NCBI RefSeq assembly: GCF_963921235.1
Contig: NC_086097.1
Coordinates: forward strand, 243,724,001-243,788,000
Reading direction: 5' to 3'
From: Mobula hypostoma
Lineage: Eukaryota
DNA length: 64,000 nt
Shown here one piece after another: positions 36,566-48,849 of this stretch. Position 1 is the stretch's first letter; each line of letters begins with the position of its first letter. A model generated the notes under the pieces. That model did no database searches, was not told where the DNA came from, and saw nothing but the letters and a program-made list of their open reading frames with translations. Made by a program: the position numbers and the translations under genes.

Positions 36566-37077
36566 GTCCTACTCTTAGTTCTGTGAGGACTCAATATTTA
36601 CAGGAGCCACTGTACAGACCTGTTAAAGCTGTTACTGGTAAATTTATTTATTATTGTGACATGGAACAAATAGTTATACAGCATCAAAACAGGCCCTTCA
36701 GCCCAGTTCCTCCATGCTATCTGTGTTGGGCAGCAAGGTTGGCACGAATGTTGTGTTCCAAAAGACCTGTTTCTTTCCCATATCACTCTGATTCTACCGA
36801 CCTTAGTCTATTGGAGAGTTAATTTATTTAGCTATACAGTGCGGAATAGGCCCTTTTGGCCCTTGGAGCCACACTGCCCCAGCAACCTCACAACCCCAAT
36901 TAACCCTAACCTAATTACCAAACAATTTGCAATGACCAGCGACATACCAGCATGTCTTTGAGAGCAAACCAGAGCACCCGGGGAAAACCCAAGCACTCCA
37001 CGGGGAGAACTTACAAAACACACCAAAACGTAACTCCAAACTCCATAATGCCCAGGGCTGTTATACCATCGCACTAA

Positions 37078-37590
37078 AGGCTGATTTGTACTTCTGCATC
37101 AAATGGATGCCGTAACTTACGCAAGTGACTTATGCATGTTGTGAGCATTTACACTTGTGCTTTGGTTTGTCTGCGTCACTCTGCAATTCAGGCACATCAC
37201 GTATGCACACACACCTGCCCGTGCAGGGCTTCATGGTCATGGTAATCTCTCGGGGTAAACAAGTTTAAAGTGGGTGTCTTTTTTCGTAAAAACGAAATGT
37301 GTCCTCCATAATTTCGGAGGTCTGTAAAGCTTTATGGAAAGCATTGCAGCCAGAGTTCCTTCCCTGCCCTTCAGTCGCCCAATGGGAAGCTATTGCAGCA
37401 TAGGAGGAAATGCGATGCTCCCAAGCGGACCAATCACAGTCGTTGCGGTCTGCGTTGCCACAACACGTAGTTATATTTTGGGAGAGGTGCGCGTCAGACT
37501 ACGGCGTAGGGATCCACGTAGGCTCTGCGTAAGGTTCGCAGCTACTCCGTACCTATGGTGTCGATTTGACGCAGAAGTATAAATCAGCCT
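37078..37590. mobile_element. PIF/Harbinger-type MITE inserted in a minus-strand V-SINE
   Basis: TIRs AGGCTGATTTGTACTTCTGCATCAAAT / ATTTGACGCAGAAGTATAAATCAGCCT; flanks TAA and TTA; the SINE (36820-37077) continues at 37594. Confidence 0.8.
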
Positions 37591-37959
37591 TTACTGCTAT
37601 GCGACTGTGGTCTCCTTCCTGTTCACAGATTAGAGGATTGTTTAAATATGGACACAAAACAATTGCAGATACTGGAAAATAGAGCAAGACAGCTGAATGA
37701 ACTCAGAAGGTCAGGCAATATCTGAAGCAGGGTCTTGGCCTGAAATGTCAACTGCTTACTCTTACAATATTCGCTGCCTGGCCTGCTGAGTTCCTCCAGC
37801 ATTTTGTGTGCGTTGCTTTGGATCTCCAGCATCTGCAGATACTCTCCACTGTGAATCTGTGGAAGTTCGTCAAAGTTTTAAATAACATGCCGAATCTGCG
37901 CAAAGTTCTAAGAAAGCAGAGGCATCAGAATTGAACTCTGAACTCTGACACACAAGTAT

Positions 37960-38235
37960 CATTTATTAATTTATTTATGGAGATACAGTGCAGAATAGTC
38001 CCTTCCGGCCCGTCAGGCCATGTCACCCAGCAATCCCCCAATTTAATCCGAGTCAATTTACAATGACCAATTAACCTTCCAATCCGTACATCTTTGGACT
38101 GTGGGAGGAAACCGGAGCACCCAGAGGAAACCCACGCAGTCAGGGAGAACATACAAATTCCTTACCGGTGGTGGCGGGAATTGAACCCAGGTCACCTGTA
38201 CTGTAAAGTGTTGTGCTAACCACTTTGCTGTCCTG
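37960..38235 (-). mobile_element. HE1/V-SINE
   Basis: TTTGGACTGTGGGAGGAAACCGGAGCACCCAGAGGAAACCCACGCAG; GGAATTGAACCC. Confidence 0.88.
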
Positions 38236-38944
38236 CATCACACTAACTGCTAGGATGACCATATAGTCGAGTGTACCATATTAATTTCCTAGTTTGAGAA
38301 ATTATATAAATGCTTTGGAATGTGGTAGTCATGAGCATTTTTCCCTGAGCTGCACAGATTCACGGCCACACTGTAACGGCAATGCTCCCACGCACATAGA
38401 CATTGTGCCGCACAGCTGGAATTTTCTTTTATATAATGGGACAAACCACAACCTTTACTTTGAAACATTTTAGAGCTTCAATGTACTTGCATTGTCAGTG
38501 TTTCAATTTACATTCATAGTATGTACCCTACAAAAAAAAATTTAAATTGCCGTGCAGTTTTCAGGCCATGTAAACATTTTCTGCTCAGAGAAAGGATTAC
38601 TGTGCACCAGCTATAAAATAAACTAGAGGGAACATTGGTCATGAAGTGTGTTGGAATCCATTTGGTGTTTAGAAAATTAAGCGTAGGTTTGATTGAGATG
38701 TTTTGACAAGAGTGGATCCAGCATCTGCGGTCTCTCACGTGTCCATTTTGCTGCCATCTCTGGATTGGGGTATCGATTCGGTCCAGGTGAATCAGATGGT
38801 AATTTCCTTTTCCTGGCTGCAGAGTGAAATGGACATACAGGTTGCCGAATCCACTCCCAACAAATCAAAAGAAAGGAACAGAATTTCCTCCTGTTAGCAT
38901 CCTGGACTGAAGAGACAGGAATTCAAAAATGGGTCAAAATCAGA

Positions 38945-39605
38945 TTTAAGATCAAGTTTAAGTTTATTATCATACAACCAAATGAAACAATGTTCCTTTG
39001 GACCAAGGTGCACTCACAAAACATATATCTCACACAGCATGTAAACCAAAATATTACCATTAATAAGTTAAATAATATATAATTCAAAATGCACGTAGTG
39101 CACAGCACAGGTAAACAGTAAACCGCTTGCTGTCCTATTAATGAGACCTCGGTGGTGGCAGGGTATTCATTAGTGTCACAGCCAGAGGGAAGAAGCCATT
39201 ACCCAGTCTGGCAATCCTAGTCCTGATGCTCCTGTACCTCCTTCCTGACGGTAGTGGGTCAATGAGATTGTGGGATGGGTGGTAGGGATCCTCAACAATG
39301 CTTCAAGCCCTTCATAGTTCAGGTTTAATTGTTACTAAACCGTATATGAATACCCATGAACACGGCCAAACGAAGCTCATTGCTCTGGGGCCAAGGTACA
39401 AAACACAACACCAACAGTCACACACAGCACAAGGCACATACAGCACACACGGGAAATCAGTAGAGTCACACAAAAAAAAATGTCTGCTACGCAGTTGGTA
39501 ATTGTCACAAAAAGGGGGCGGGAGACCCCAGTTATCCTGTCTGCGTTTATTACTATCCTCTGTAGAGCCTTGTGGTCTGATGCCTTACAGCTCCTGTGCC
39601 ACACA
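38945..39605 (-). mobile_element. Two Rex1/Babar-like 3' fragments
   Basis: Antisense EDPYHPSHNL..LPSGRRYRSIRT and SCKASDHKALQRIV..ADRITG remnants with tails. Confidence 0.7.
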
Positions 39606-40526
39606 AAGATATGTGAGGAGGGTACAATACCTGGTCAAATTGCACATGGCTGTGGGGGATCGATGAAGTCCACGCATACAGAACCAGAGGTCAGGATTCA
39701 CCAGGTCACAGAGTGGTGAGGGGGCAGATTTATCTGTTGTCACATTGTGCAGGACTATACGTTCAAAGAAGTACTTAAACGTGTAGATTCAAAATTCAGA
39801 TTTAGATTTATTTATCACATGTACATCAATACATACAATGTACTGTAATGTGTTATTTGCATTAATGAAACAACACGCCCAAGGATGTGGTGGAGGCAGC
39901 CCACAGTAGTCACCACACATCCCGTCGCTGAAATACCATGCCTGCAAATCTTGGCAGAACAGCACAGAACACAGCACAACACAACAGCGTCACCTATTTA
40001 AGAAAGAGATGGAATGAAATTACTTCTCTGGGAGTTTTCACCCTCGAACAGGGATTTGATATAAGCACAAGGGATTTTGCAGATGCTGGAAGTTTTGAGC
40101 AACACTCACAAGATGCTTTCAGGCAGATGGAGAAATATTCTTCACAAACAAAGAGGCCGAATGCTACCACTGTGGCTGAGAATGTGGAACTGAGTTTACA
40201 ACGGATTAGCAGATTTTTGGATTTAGAGGAATCAGGGAAAATAACAATCAGGCTGAAAAAAAGTGATGAGGTGGAAGATCTTTGTGAACAACAGAGCAGG
40301 CTTGATAGGATGAGCAATACACAAAAAGTGCTGGAGGAGCTCAGCCGATCAGGCAGCGTCTCTGGGGTTTTCAGTGTTGATGTATCCATAAGATTTAGGA
40401 GCAGAATTACGCCATTCTCCTCCCTTTAAAAATGGCTGATCCATTTTCCCTCTCTGAGACCCTTCATCAGTACTGGAAAGGAACGGGGCAGAAGTCAGAA
40501 TGTTCTCAGTATTAGCTAACTATTCT

Positions 40527-40580
40527 TTTATTATAATTATTATTATTATTATTATTTATTATTATTATTATTATTATTAC
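40527..40580. repeat. (ATT)n microsatellite
   Basis: Long slightly interrupted ATT run. Confidence 0.92.
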
Positions 40581-40582
40581 TA

Positions 40583-40732
40583 CAGGCCAACCTTCACTAA
40601 CCCAGCACCATTGAGACTTGAGTGCCGGATTAGTGAAAATGCCAAATTTCAGAAGGATCACATTAAGCATAATCAGTGCTGGATTATCGAAGGAACCGGA
40701 TTACAGGTAGTCGGATTAGTGAAGGTCGACTG
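40583..40732. mobile_element. 150-bp Tigger-like MITE
   Basis: TA flanks; TIRs CAGGCCAACCTTCACTAA / TTAGTGAAGGTCGACTG. Confidence 0.8.
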
Positions 40733-41649
40733 TATTAGCTTTTTTTTGTATGTGCAAAATTTGTCGTCTTTTGCACATTAGTTGCTAGTCGGTCTTTGTG
40801 TGTAGTTTTTCATTGATTCTATTGTATTCCTTTGTTCTACAGTGAATGACTGCAAGAAAATGAATCTCAGGGTGGTATGTGGTGACATACGTACTTTAGT
40901 AATAAATTACCTTTGAACTTTTAATTTTGAATGCCCCGCTGAGCTGCTTGCGTGTTGACGCCATGAGTGTCCTACACCTGCTTCCCAATGCTGCCGTTTG
41001 TAAATCTCCTCTGCTCCCTCTCTGAAGCTTCCATATAATGAGGCGACCAGAGCTGAACACGATATCGCAAGTGTGGTCCAACAGCTGTAAACCAATTCCG
41101 CTAACCGCCACCCTACTGTGCCACCATGCTAGGGCTGTCTGCCCATCGAACCCGGCCTCCAAGAGGTACTGAAAGCATACAACTCTGAGACTCTTACACC
41201 CACGCCAACCCAAATAATCAGCTGCTATGCCATTAGGATGGTCTAGAATTCCTTGGCAGTAAAGACCTGCACAGTAACAATCTCTGCTATTTGTTTATCG
41301 TAACTGTAATTTTACATAAGACCACAGATCTGTATTTATCCCATGCAGTAGGATATTGCCTCTTTGGAGTTGACTCTGCATTAGATCTTCCATTAAGAAG
41401 ATTTTATGCTTGATTTGTTTATAAGCAGTTGTTCCTACTCAGTTGATTCAGTCAGAACCAGTGACTCATGCGCCGTTTATATTTAGTGCAGTCAAATTCT
41501 TTGAACAGCTGCAAATACCTTCTAGCAAGGGGGTTAACAAGACACTGCTTGTAAACAGTTCAGCAATTTACTCAAATACCTCTCTGGGGGCAGACAGGGT
41601 CAGTTCTAATCTGAAACGGGCTTATAAAGTAAGATGCACAGGGTTACTG

Positions 41650-43020
41650 AATCATAGAGAGCTACAGCACAGAAACAAGACCTTCGGCCCATTTAGTCCG
41701 TGCTGAACTGTTGATCTGCAGTCCCATTGACTCCCACATGGGCCATAGAACTCCATACCCTGCCCATCCATGAACTTATCAAAACCCCTCTCAAGGGTCG
41801 CAATCGAACCCACATCTGCCACTTTGGCTGGCAGTTCACTCCACACTTGCACCACGGTATGAGTGGAAAAACCCCCTCAGGCTTCCCCTTAAATATTTCA
41901 CCTTTTCCCCTTCACCTATGACTTCTAGTTCTAGTTTCACCCAATCTTAGTGGGGGGAAAAACTGCATTTACCCTGTCTATAGCCCTCGTCATTTTGTAT
42001 TCCTCTATCAAATCTCCCCTCATTCTCCTACACTCCAGGGAATAAAGTCGTAACCGTAATCTTTCTCCATAACTCATTTGATACTGAAACCTCGTCTATG
42101 GGAAACATGAGCCAGGATATTAGGCGTGTTTCTGTAATGGACACTCCAAAATACCTGCCAGTACTGCTTAAAGCTATTTCCGGTCTGTACATTTTATCCT
42201 GAGAGTTTCAAACTTAATGAAGAGCAACAGTACCAAATATTATCCCCACCCTGCTAGAAACCACCCCTTGCACAATAATGGATAAAAATTACAAATTCAG
42301 AGTCAGAGGGAAAAATTCATAAACAATAACAGTTATCTAATAATCGTGAAAGATGCAGAAACAAAGAAAAACTCAGATGTATAAAAGAGCCACAAGGAAC
42401 AATATATTAGTATTTTCCAAACAGTTTTCATTCAGTAAAATAGGTGGTTGACAGTTCAGATGGTTTAGATTATAAACCATAAGATACAGGAGCAGAATCA
42501 GGCCATTCAGCCCATTGGGGTTGCTCTGACATTCCATCATGGCTGATTTATTTTCCCTCTCAACCCCATTCTCTTGCCTTCTTCCTGTAACCATTGACAC
42601 CCTTACTAATCAAGAACCTATCTACCCCAAATTTAAATACACCCAATGATTTGACCTCCACAGCTGTCTGTGGCAATGAATTCCACAGATTCACCACCAA
42701 CTGGCTAAAGAAATTTCTCCTCATCTCTGTTCTAAAGGGACACTCTTCTATTCTGAGGCTGCGTCCTCTCATCCTAGACTCCCCCACTACAGGGAGCATC
42801 CTCTCCACATCCACCCTACCAAGGCCTTTCAATATTCAATGGGTTTCAATGAGATCCCACCCTCATTCTTCTAAACTCCAGTGAAGTACAGGCCCGGAGT
42901 CATCCAACACTCCTCAAGCGTTAACACTTTCATTCCCAAGATCATTCTTGTGAACTTCCTCTGAACCCTCACCAATGCCAGCATATCCTTTCTTCGATAA
43001 CAGGCCTAAAACTGCTTGTA
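41650..43020 (-). mobile_element. Two CR1 3'-end fragments (41650-42075 and 42470-43020)
   Basis: ORF 42560-42832 RGRSLRI..RRNFFSQLVVNLWNSLP and ORF 41652-41855 VWSELPAKV; CR1 tails. Confidence 0.85.
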
Positions 43021-43149
43021 TATTATAGTGTAGGAGATAGAGTGGACGTGGAGAGAATGTTTCCTGTAGTGGGGAAGAGGGTTTCTATAACAGAGAGCAC
43101 AGCCGCAGAATAGAAGAACATGCCTTTAGGACACTGATGAGAAGTTTCT

Positions 43150-43416
43150 GAGATACTTTGTAAACTCTGGAGTCTGTTGTGTGAGAAAATCCCAGGAGAT
43201 CAGTAGTTTTTGACAGACTCCAACCACCCCAATTGGCACCAAATATTATTCCACAGTCAAGTCACTTAGATCAGATTTCTTCCCCATTCTTATGTTCGGT
43301 GGTTCTGAACTCTTAACCTTGTCTATACGTTTTTATGCAGAGTTGCTGCTACATGATTGGCTAATTAGATAGTTGCAGTAATGAGCAGATGTATCTAATA
43401 AAGTGGCCACTGAGTG
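43150..43416 (+). mobile_element. Tc1-like DNA transposon right end
   Basis: Ends in CTAATAAAGTGGCCACTGAGTG (Tc1-type TIR); subterminal AAGTCACTTAGATCA..TTCCCCATTCT recurs at ~45130. Confidence 0.65.
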
Positions 43417-43759
43417 TGTGTCAATGATAATAAATGGGATTCTGAGCCTGAGCAAATCAAGGGAATTCAGAATAGATTTTCTTCCCTTGTTACCCTGTCA
43501 TTAGGGGAGGAGGTGCAGGAGCCTGAACACCCACATTCAACAATTTAGGAACATCGTCTCCTCCTCCTCCTCCATCAGATTTCTCAACAGTCCATGACCC
43601 CATGAAAATGAACATGGCCTCATTATCCCCTTCCTTGCATTGCTTATTTATTTTGTAATTTTATGTCTTTAAACTCTACTGCTGCAGCAGAACAACAAAA
43701 CAAGAGAGTGATAATGAACCTTGATTCTGTTTTTGACAAAGGAAGACTTATTTCCAAAG

Positions 43760-44235
43760 AGCTGATTGTAGATTTCAAGAAGGGAAGACGAGAGAACACA
43801 AACCAACCCTCACAGAGGGATCAGAACTAGAGAGAGTGAGCAAACTCAAGCTCCTCGGTGTCAACATCTCTGAGGACCTAACCCGGACCCAACATATTGA
43901 TGCAGCTATAAAGAAGGCAAGGCAGCGGTTACATTTCTTTTGGAGTTTGAGCAGATTTGGTTTGTCACCTAAGACACTCAACTTGTATAAATGTACCATG
44001 GAGAGCATTCTGACTGGCTGCATCACCATCTGGTATGGAGGGCGACTGACAGGACTGAAGTAAGCTGCAGAAAACTGTAAAATTAGCCAGCTCCATCATG
44101 GGTACGAGCCCCCGTGGTCTCCAAGATATCCTCAAGGAGCCATGCCTCAGAAAGGCAGCATCCGTTATTAAGGATCCCCACCAAGCAGGACGTGCCCCCT
44201 TCACGCGTTTACCATCGGGAAGGAGGTACACACTC
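43760..44235 (+). mobile_element. Rex1/Babar-like RT C-terminal fragment
   Basis: KLLGVNISEDL...KKARQRLHF..SL.RFGLSPKTL..Y.CTMESILTGCITIWYG; KAASVIKDP..LPSGRRY. Confidence 0.88.
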
Positions 44236-45699
44236 AAATCAAATCAAAACGTAAGTTGCCGCGGGCCTGTTACCCTCGTCTGGTGGAGAGATAGTGGACT
44301 TGGGAGCTGTGTGGCCTCAAGCCGCAGGTGAGAGACACGGAGGCGCTACAGCATGGTTGATCTCAGCAGGGGGTCTGGCCTCGCCCACCGGTGCTGCCCT
44401 CCTGTGTCCAAGCAGTGGTATGACAGGCCGGATTGCGTGCATCTGTACACTGCTGGGAGACTGTACCATCAATTGCTGAACATTGTCACTCAGGGTCTTG
44501 GACTATATATGTCTTTTTTCTGAGTGAATATGCTTCTTTGCTCAATACCTTGAATTATGTTACTTGCTATTTTTGAATGTTCGCTTGCTATTTTGAAAGT
44601 TTTGCACCTTTGCTCCAGAGAAACACTATCTTGTTCAGCTGTATGGTTTGAATGATAATTAAACTTGATTTGATTTGATTTTTCCTCTTTATTTATTTAT
44701 CATGTATTTCATTGTACTGCTGCCGTAAAGTTAGAAAATTTCTCAACATATGCCAGTGATATTAAACCTGGTTCTGATACCGATATGTTTGATGCAACAC
44801 GCACAAAATGCTGGAGGAACTCAACAGTTCACGGGCTGAGACCCTTTTTCAGGACCATTTGATGCACCCAGTTTCCATAAAGATAGAATTAAAATTTAAT
44901 ACAGTACCTCACCAAGGCAGATGTGGGTTATGGGCAGACAGAACAATGGAGGAGAGTAATGGGTCTGGGTAACAGCAGGTGAATCTCATTGGATCCAAGG
45001 TGAGCAAAGCCAATTGGATACTGAAATGGCTTAGGGGGTAGGAATTAGAGGATGGTGAGGGAGAATATAAAAGCAAGATTCTGAGACACTTAAACCACCC
45101 CTCAGATACCAACGATTGTTCCACGGTCCAAGTCACTTAGATCACATTCCTTCCCCATTCTGATGTTTGGTCTGAACAACAACTGAACCTCTTGACCACG
45201 TCCTAGGTATACTTAAGGGAAAATTTGATAGGTTCTTGATTACTCATGGCATGAAGGGATACAGAGAGAATGCAGGAGATTGGAGTTGGAGAGGGAAATG
45301 GATCATCCATGATGAAATGGCAGAGACACAATTTGCTAAATAGGCTAATTCTGCTCCTATATCTTGTCTTGTATCTTATGATTCAAGATCCAGGGTTGTT
45401 TAATGTCATTTCCAGTACACAAGTGTAAAGGAGAATGGAATAATTGTTACTCCCAATCTGAGGCAGCACAAAAAAAGGACAATAAGGAACCCAATAATGA
45501 AAAATACAACAAATATAAATACATAATATAGCTTTTATACATCGATTGATTATATGTCCATGAAGTGATGCTATGCACAGAAATGTCTGTCCATATGGTG
45601 ACTGACAGGAAATGATCAAATATTGGTGTTTCGGGGTGTGGGGGGGTGGTTAGTGGGTGGAGGTGTTCATCAGCCTTACTGCTTGGGGAAAGGATGTAA

Positions 45700-46170
45700 C
45701 ACTGAGGCTTGATAAGGCATTGATCAGATGGCACTCCAACCACACTTGGAGTTTTGGGCCCCCTAGCTAAGGAAGAATATACTGGCACTGGAGAGGGTTC
45801 AGAGGAGGTTCACGAGAATCATCCCAGGAATGAAAGGGTTAATGTATGAAGAGAGTTTGATGGCTCTGGGCCTGTACTCGCTGGAGTTTAGAGGAACGAG
45901 GGAGGATCTCATTAAAAACTATTGAAAATTGAAAGGTCTAGACATGAAGAGGATGTTTCCTGTAGTGGGGGAGTCTAGGACCAGAGGACACTGCCTCAGA
46001 ATAGAGGGAGGGATGTCTCTTTAGAACAGAGATGAGGAGGAAATTCTTTAGCCAGGGGTTGGTGAATCTGTGGAATTCACTGCCATAGATGGCTTTGGAG
46101 GCCAAGTCACTGGGTATATTTCAAGTGGAGGTTGATAGGTTCTTGCTTCGTCAGGGATCATCAACCAGCC
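45700..46170 (+). mobile_element. CR1 LINE 3' fragment
   Basis: ALERVQRRFTRIIPGMKGL.YEE..TRGHCLRI remnants. Confidence 0.85.
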
Positions 46171-46204
46171 ATGATCAAATGGTACAGCTGTTCTGTTGGG
46201 CCGT

Positions 46205-48155
46205 AAGACAATAAGACATAGGAGCAGAGTTAGGCCATTCAGCCCATTGAGTCTGCTCCACCATTCCATCATGACTGATCCCAGATCCCACTCAACCCCA
46301 TACACCTGCCTTCTCGCCATATCCTTTGATGCCCTGCCCGATCAGGAAACAATCAACTTCCACCTTAAACATATGCACTGACTTGGTTTCCACCACTGTC
46401 TGTGGCAGAGCATTCCACAGATTCACTACTCTCTGGCTAAAAGAATTCCTCCTCACCTCTGTTCTAAAAGGTCGCCCCTCAATTTTGAGGCTGGATACCC
46501 CCACCAGATGAAACATCCTCTACACATCCACCCTATCTAGTCCTTTCAACATTCAATAGGTTTCAATGAGATCCCCCTGCATTCTTCTAAGTTCCAGTGA
46601 GTACAGGCCCAAAGCTGCCAAACACTCCTCATATGACAACTCCCTCATTCCCGGAATCATCCTTGTGTACCTCCTCTGCACTCTCACAATGACCACACAT
46701 CCTTTCTGAAGTATGGGGCACAAAGTCATTGACAATACTCTGTGTGGCCTGACTAGTGTCTTATAAAACTTCAGCATTATCTCCTTGCTTTTAAATTTTA
46801 TTCCTCTTGAAATAAAAGCCAACATTGTATTTGCCTTCTTTACCATAGACTCAACATGTGAATTATTCTTCTAGGAGTCTTGGACAAGGACTCTTAAGTC
46901 CCTTTGCACCTCTGATGTTTGAATTTTCTCCCCATTTAGAAAATAGTCCGTATGATTGTTCCTTTTACCAAAATGTATTATCATACAGTTCCGAACATTG
47001 TATTCCATCTACCATTTTTTTGCACATTCTTCCAATTTGTCAAAGTCCTTCTGCAATCGCATTGGTTCCTCAGCACTACCTACCCTTCCACCTATCTTTG
47101 TATCATCTGCAAACTTTGCCACAAAGCCATCAATTCCATTATCCAGATCATTGACTAACAATGTGAAAATTAGCGGCTCCAATACTGACCCCCGAGGAAC
47201 ACCACTAGTCATTGACAGCCAACCAGAAAAGGCCCCCTTTATACCCACTTGCTGCCTCCTGTCTATCAGCCATTCACTATCCATGCCTGTAACGCCATAG
47301 GATTTTATCTTGTTAGGCAGCCTCGTGTGGCACCTTATCAAACACCTTCTGAAAATCCAAGTAAATGACATCCACTACTTCTCCTTTGTCCACCCTGCTT
47401 GTTACTTCCTTGAAGAACTCTAACAGATTTGTCAGGTTTCCCTTTACAGAAACCATGCTGACTTTGACTTATTTTATCATTAGTCTCCAAGTACTCTGAA
47501 ACCTCATCCTTAATAAAAGACTCCAACAATTTCCCAACTACTGAGGTTAGGCCAACTGGCCTATAATTTCCTTTCTTTTGCCTTCCTCCCTTCTTAAAGA
47601 GTGGAGTGATATTTGAAATCTTCCAGGACCATGCCAGAATCAAGTGAATCTTGAAAGATCAAGACCAATGCATCCGTTATCTTTTCAGCAACCTCTCTCG
47701 GGGCTCTGGGATATAGAATATCTGATCTAGGTGATTTATCCACCTTAAAATCTTTCAGTTTGCCTAGCACTATTTCCTTTGTATAGCAATGGCACTCACT
47801 GCTCCCTGATACTCATAGACCTCTGGCACACTGACAGTGTTTTCCACAGAGAAGACAGATGCAAAGTACCCATTAAATTCATCTGCCATTTTGTTGTCCC
47901 CCATTACTACCTCACCAACATCATTTTTCCGTGATACAATATCAATTCTCTCCTCCCTTTTACTCCTAACATAACTGAAAAAAAAACATCTAGTACCCTG
48001 CTTTATATTATTGGCTAGTTTGCCCTCATATTTCATCTTTTCCCTTCTTATAGCTTTTATAGTTGCCTTTTATTTAATCTTAAAAGCTTCCCTTTTGATA
48101 CCTTTCCTTGGCTTTTATGCAGTCCTTAATTTCCTTTGTCAACTACGGTTGCCTG
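46205..48155 (-). mobile_element. CR1 LINE ORF2 (linker, RT, 3' end), decayed
   Basis: ORFs 46292-46516, 46553-46846, 47009-47371 (KFADDTK), 47338-47643 (NYRPVGLTS, QHGF), 47770-48036. Confidence 0.93.
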
Positions 48156-48849
48156 ATTATGGCACGATGTGATGAGTGGTGTGTTGCATAGATCAGTGCT
48201 GGGTCCCCTGTCGTTTGTCATTATTCTTGACTTGGATGCAAATGTGAGGATGTGGGTAAGATCAACCATCAAACTCTTGAACTGGTGGAGGGGGGGGATA
48301 ACTTTACTCACCACAAAACTGAGCTGTTCCCAAAATCTACGGACTTACTTTCATCTCATGTTCTTGATATTTATTGCTGATTTTTTTTTTTAATTTTTGT
48401 ATTACACGGTTTATTGTCTTTTGCACATTGGTTGTCAGTCCATCTTGTATGCGGTCTTTCACAAATTCTCTTTGTTTCTTTTGTATTTACTGAGAATGCC
48501 CGCAGGAAAATGAATCTCAGGGTTGTATATGGTGATATATATGTGCCGGGATAATAAATTTTCTTTGAATGTTTAACTTTGAACTTTAAAGATTCTAGTA
48601 GACATACTGAGTAAATGGCAGGGAACTTCAGAGCATTGAGTGTACCAAGAGATGGCTGGGTGGCAGTCTACGAGAGTGGTGAAATTGGTGATTCAAGTAG
48701 ATAGGGTTTTGAAGAACAAATTTGGTATGTGTACTTTCCTAGCCAAGGCATTAAGAGTTGGGACATTATTTTGTGGATTTTAAAAGCATTGGCTAAATGG
48801 GTGATTAATTATGTCTTAAATAAATACTTCTCATCGATAACATATTGGC

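Noticed and set aside
17153..38779. Shared word TGGATTGGGG.AT.GATTC (DWGIDS) in two unique islands at 17153 and 38761
   Set aside because: Only 17 of 19 bases match and similarity does not extend; plausible by chance, so not evidence of duplicated exons.
38677..38820. SHIPPO/ODF3-like PGP..Y repeat protein exon
   Set aside because: A single short motif is not enough to assign a family; kept only as an unassigned island.
39938..40429. 163-aa ORF that looks protein-like
   Set aside because: Mosaic of a LINE tail, Penelope repeat pieces and a degraded CR1 3' end.
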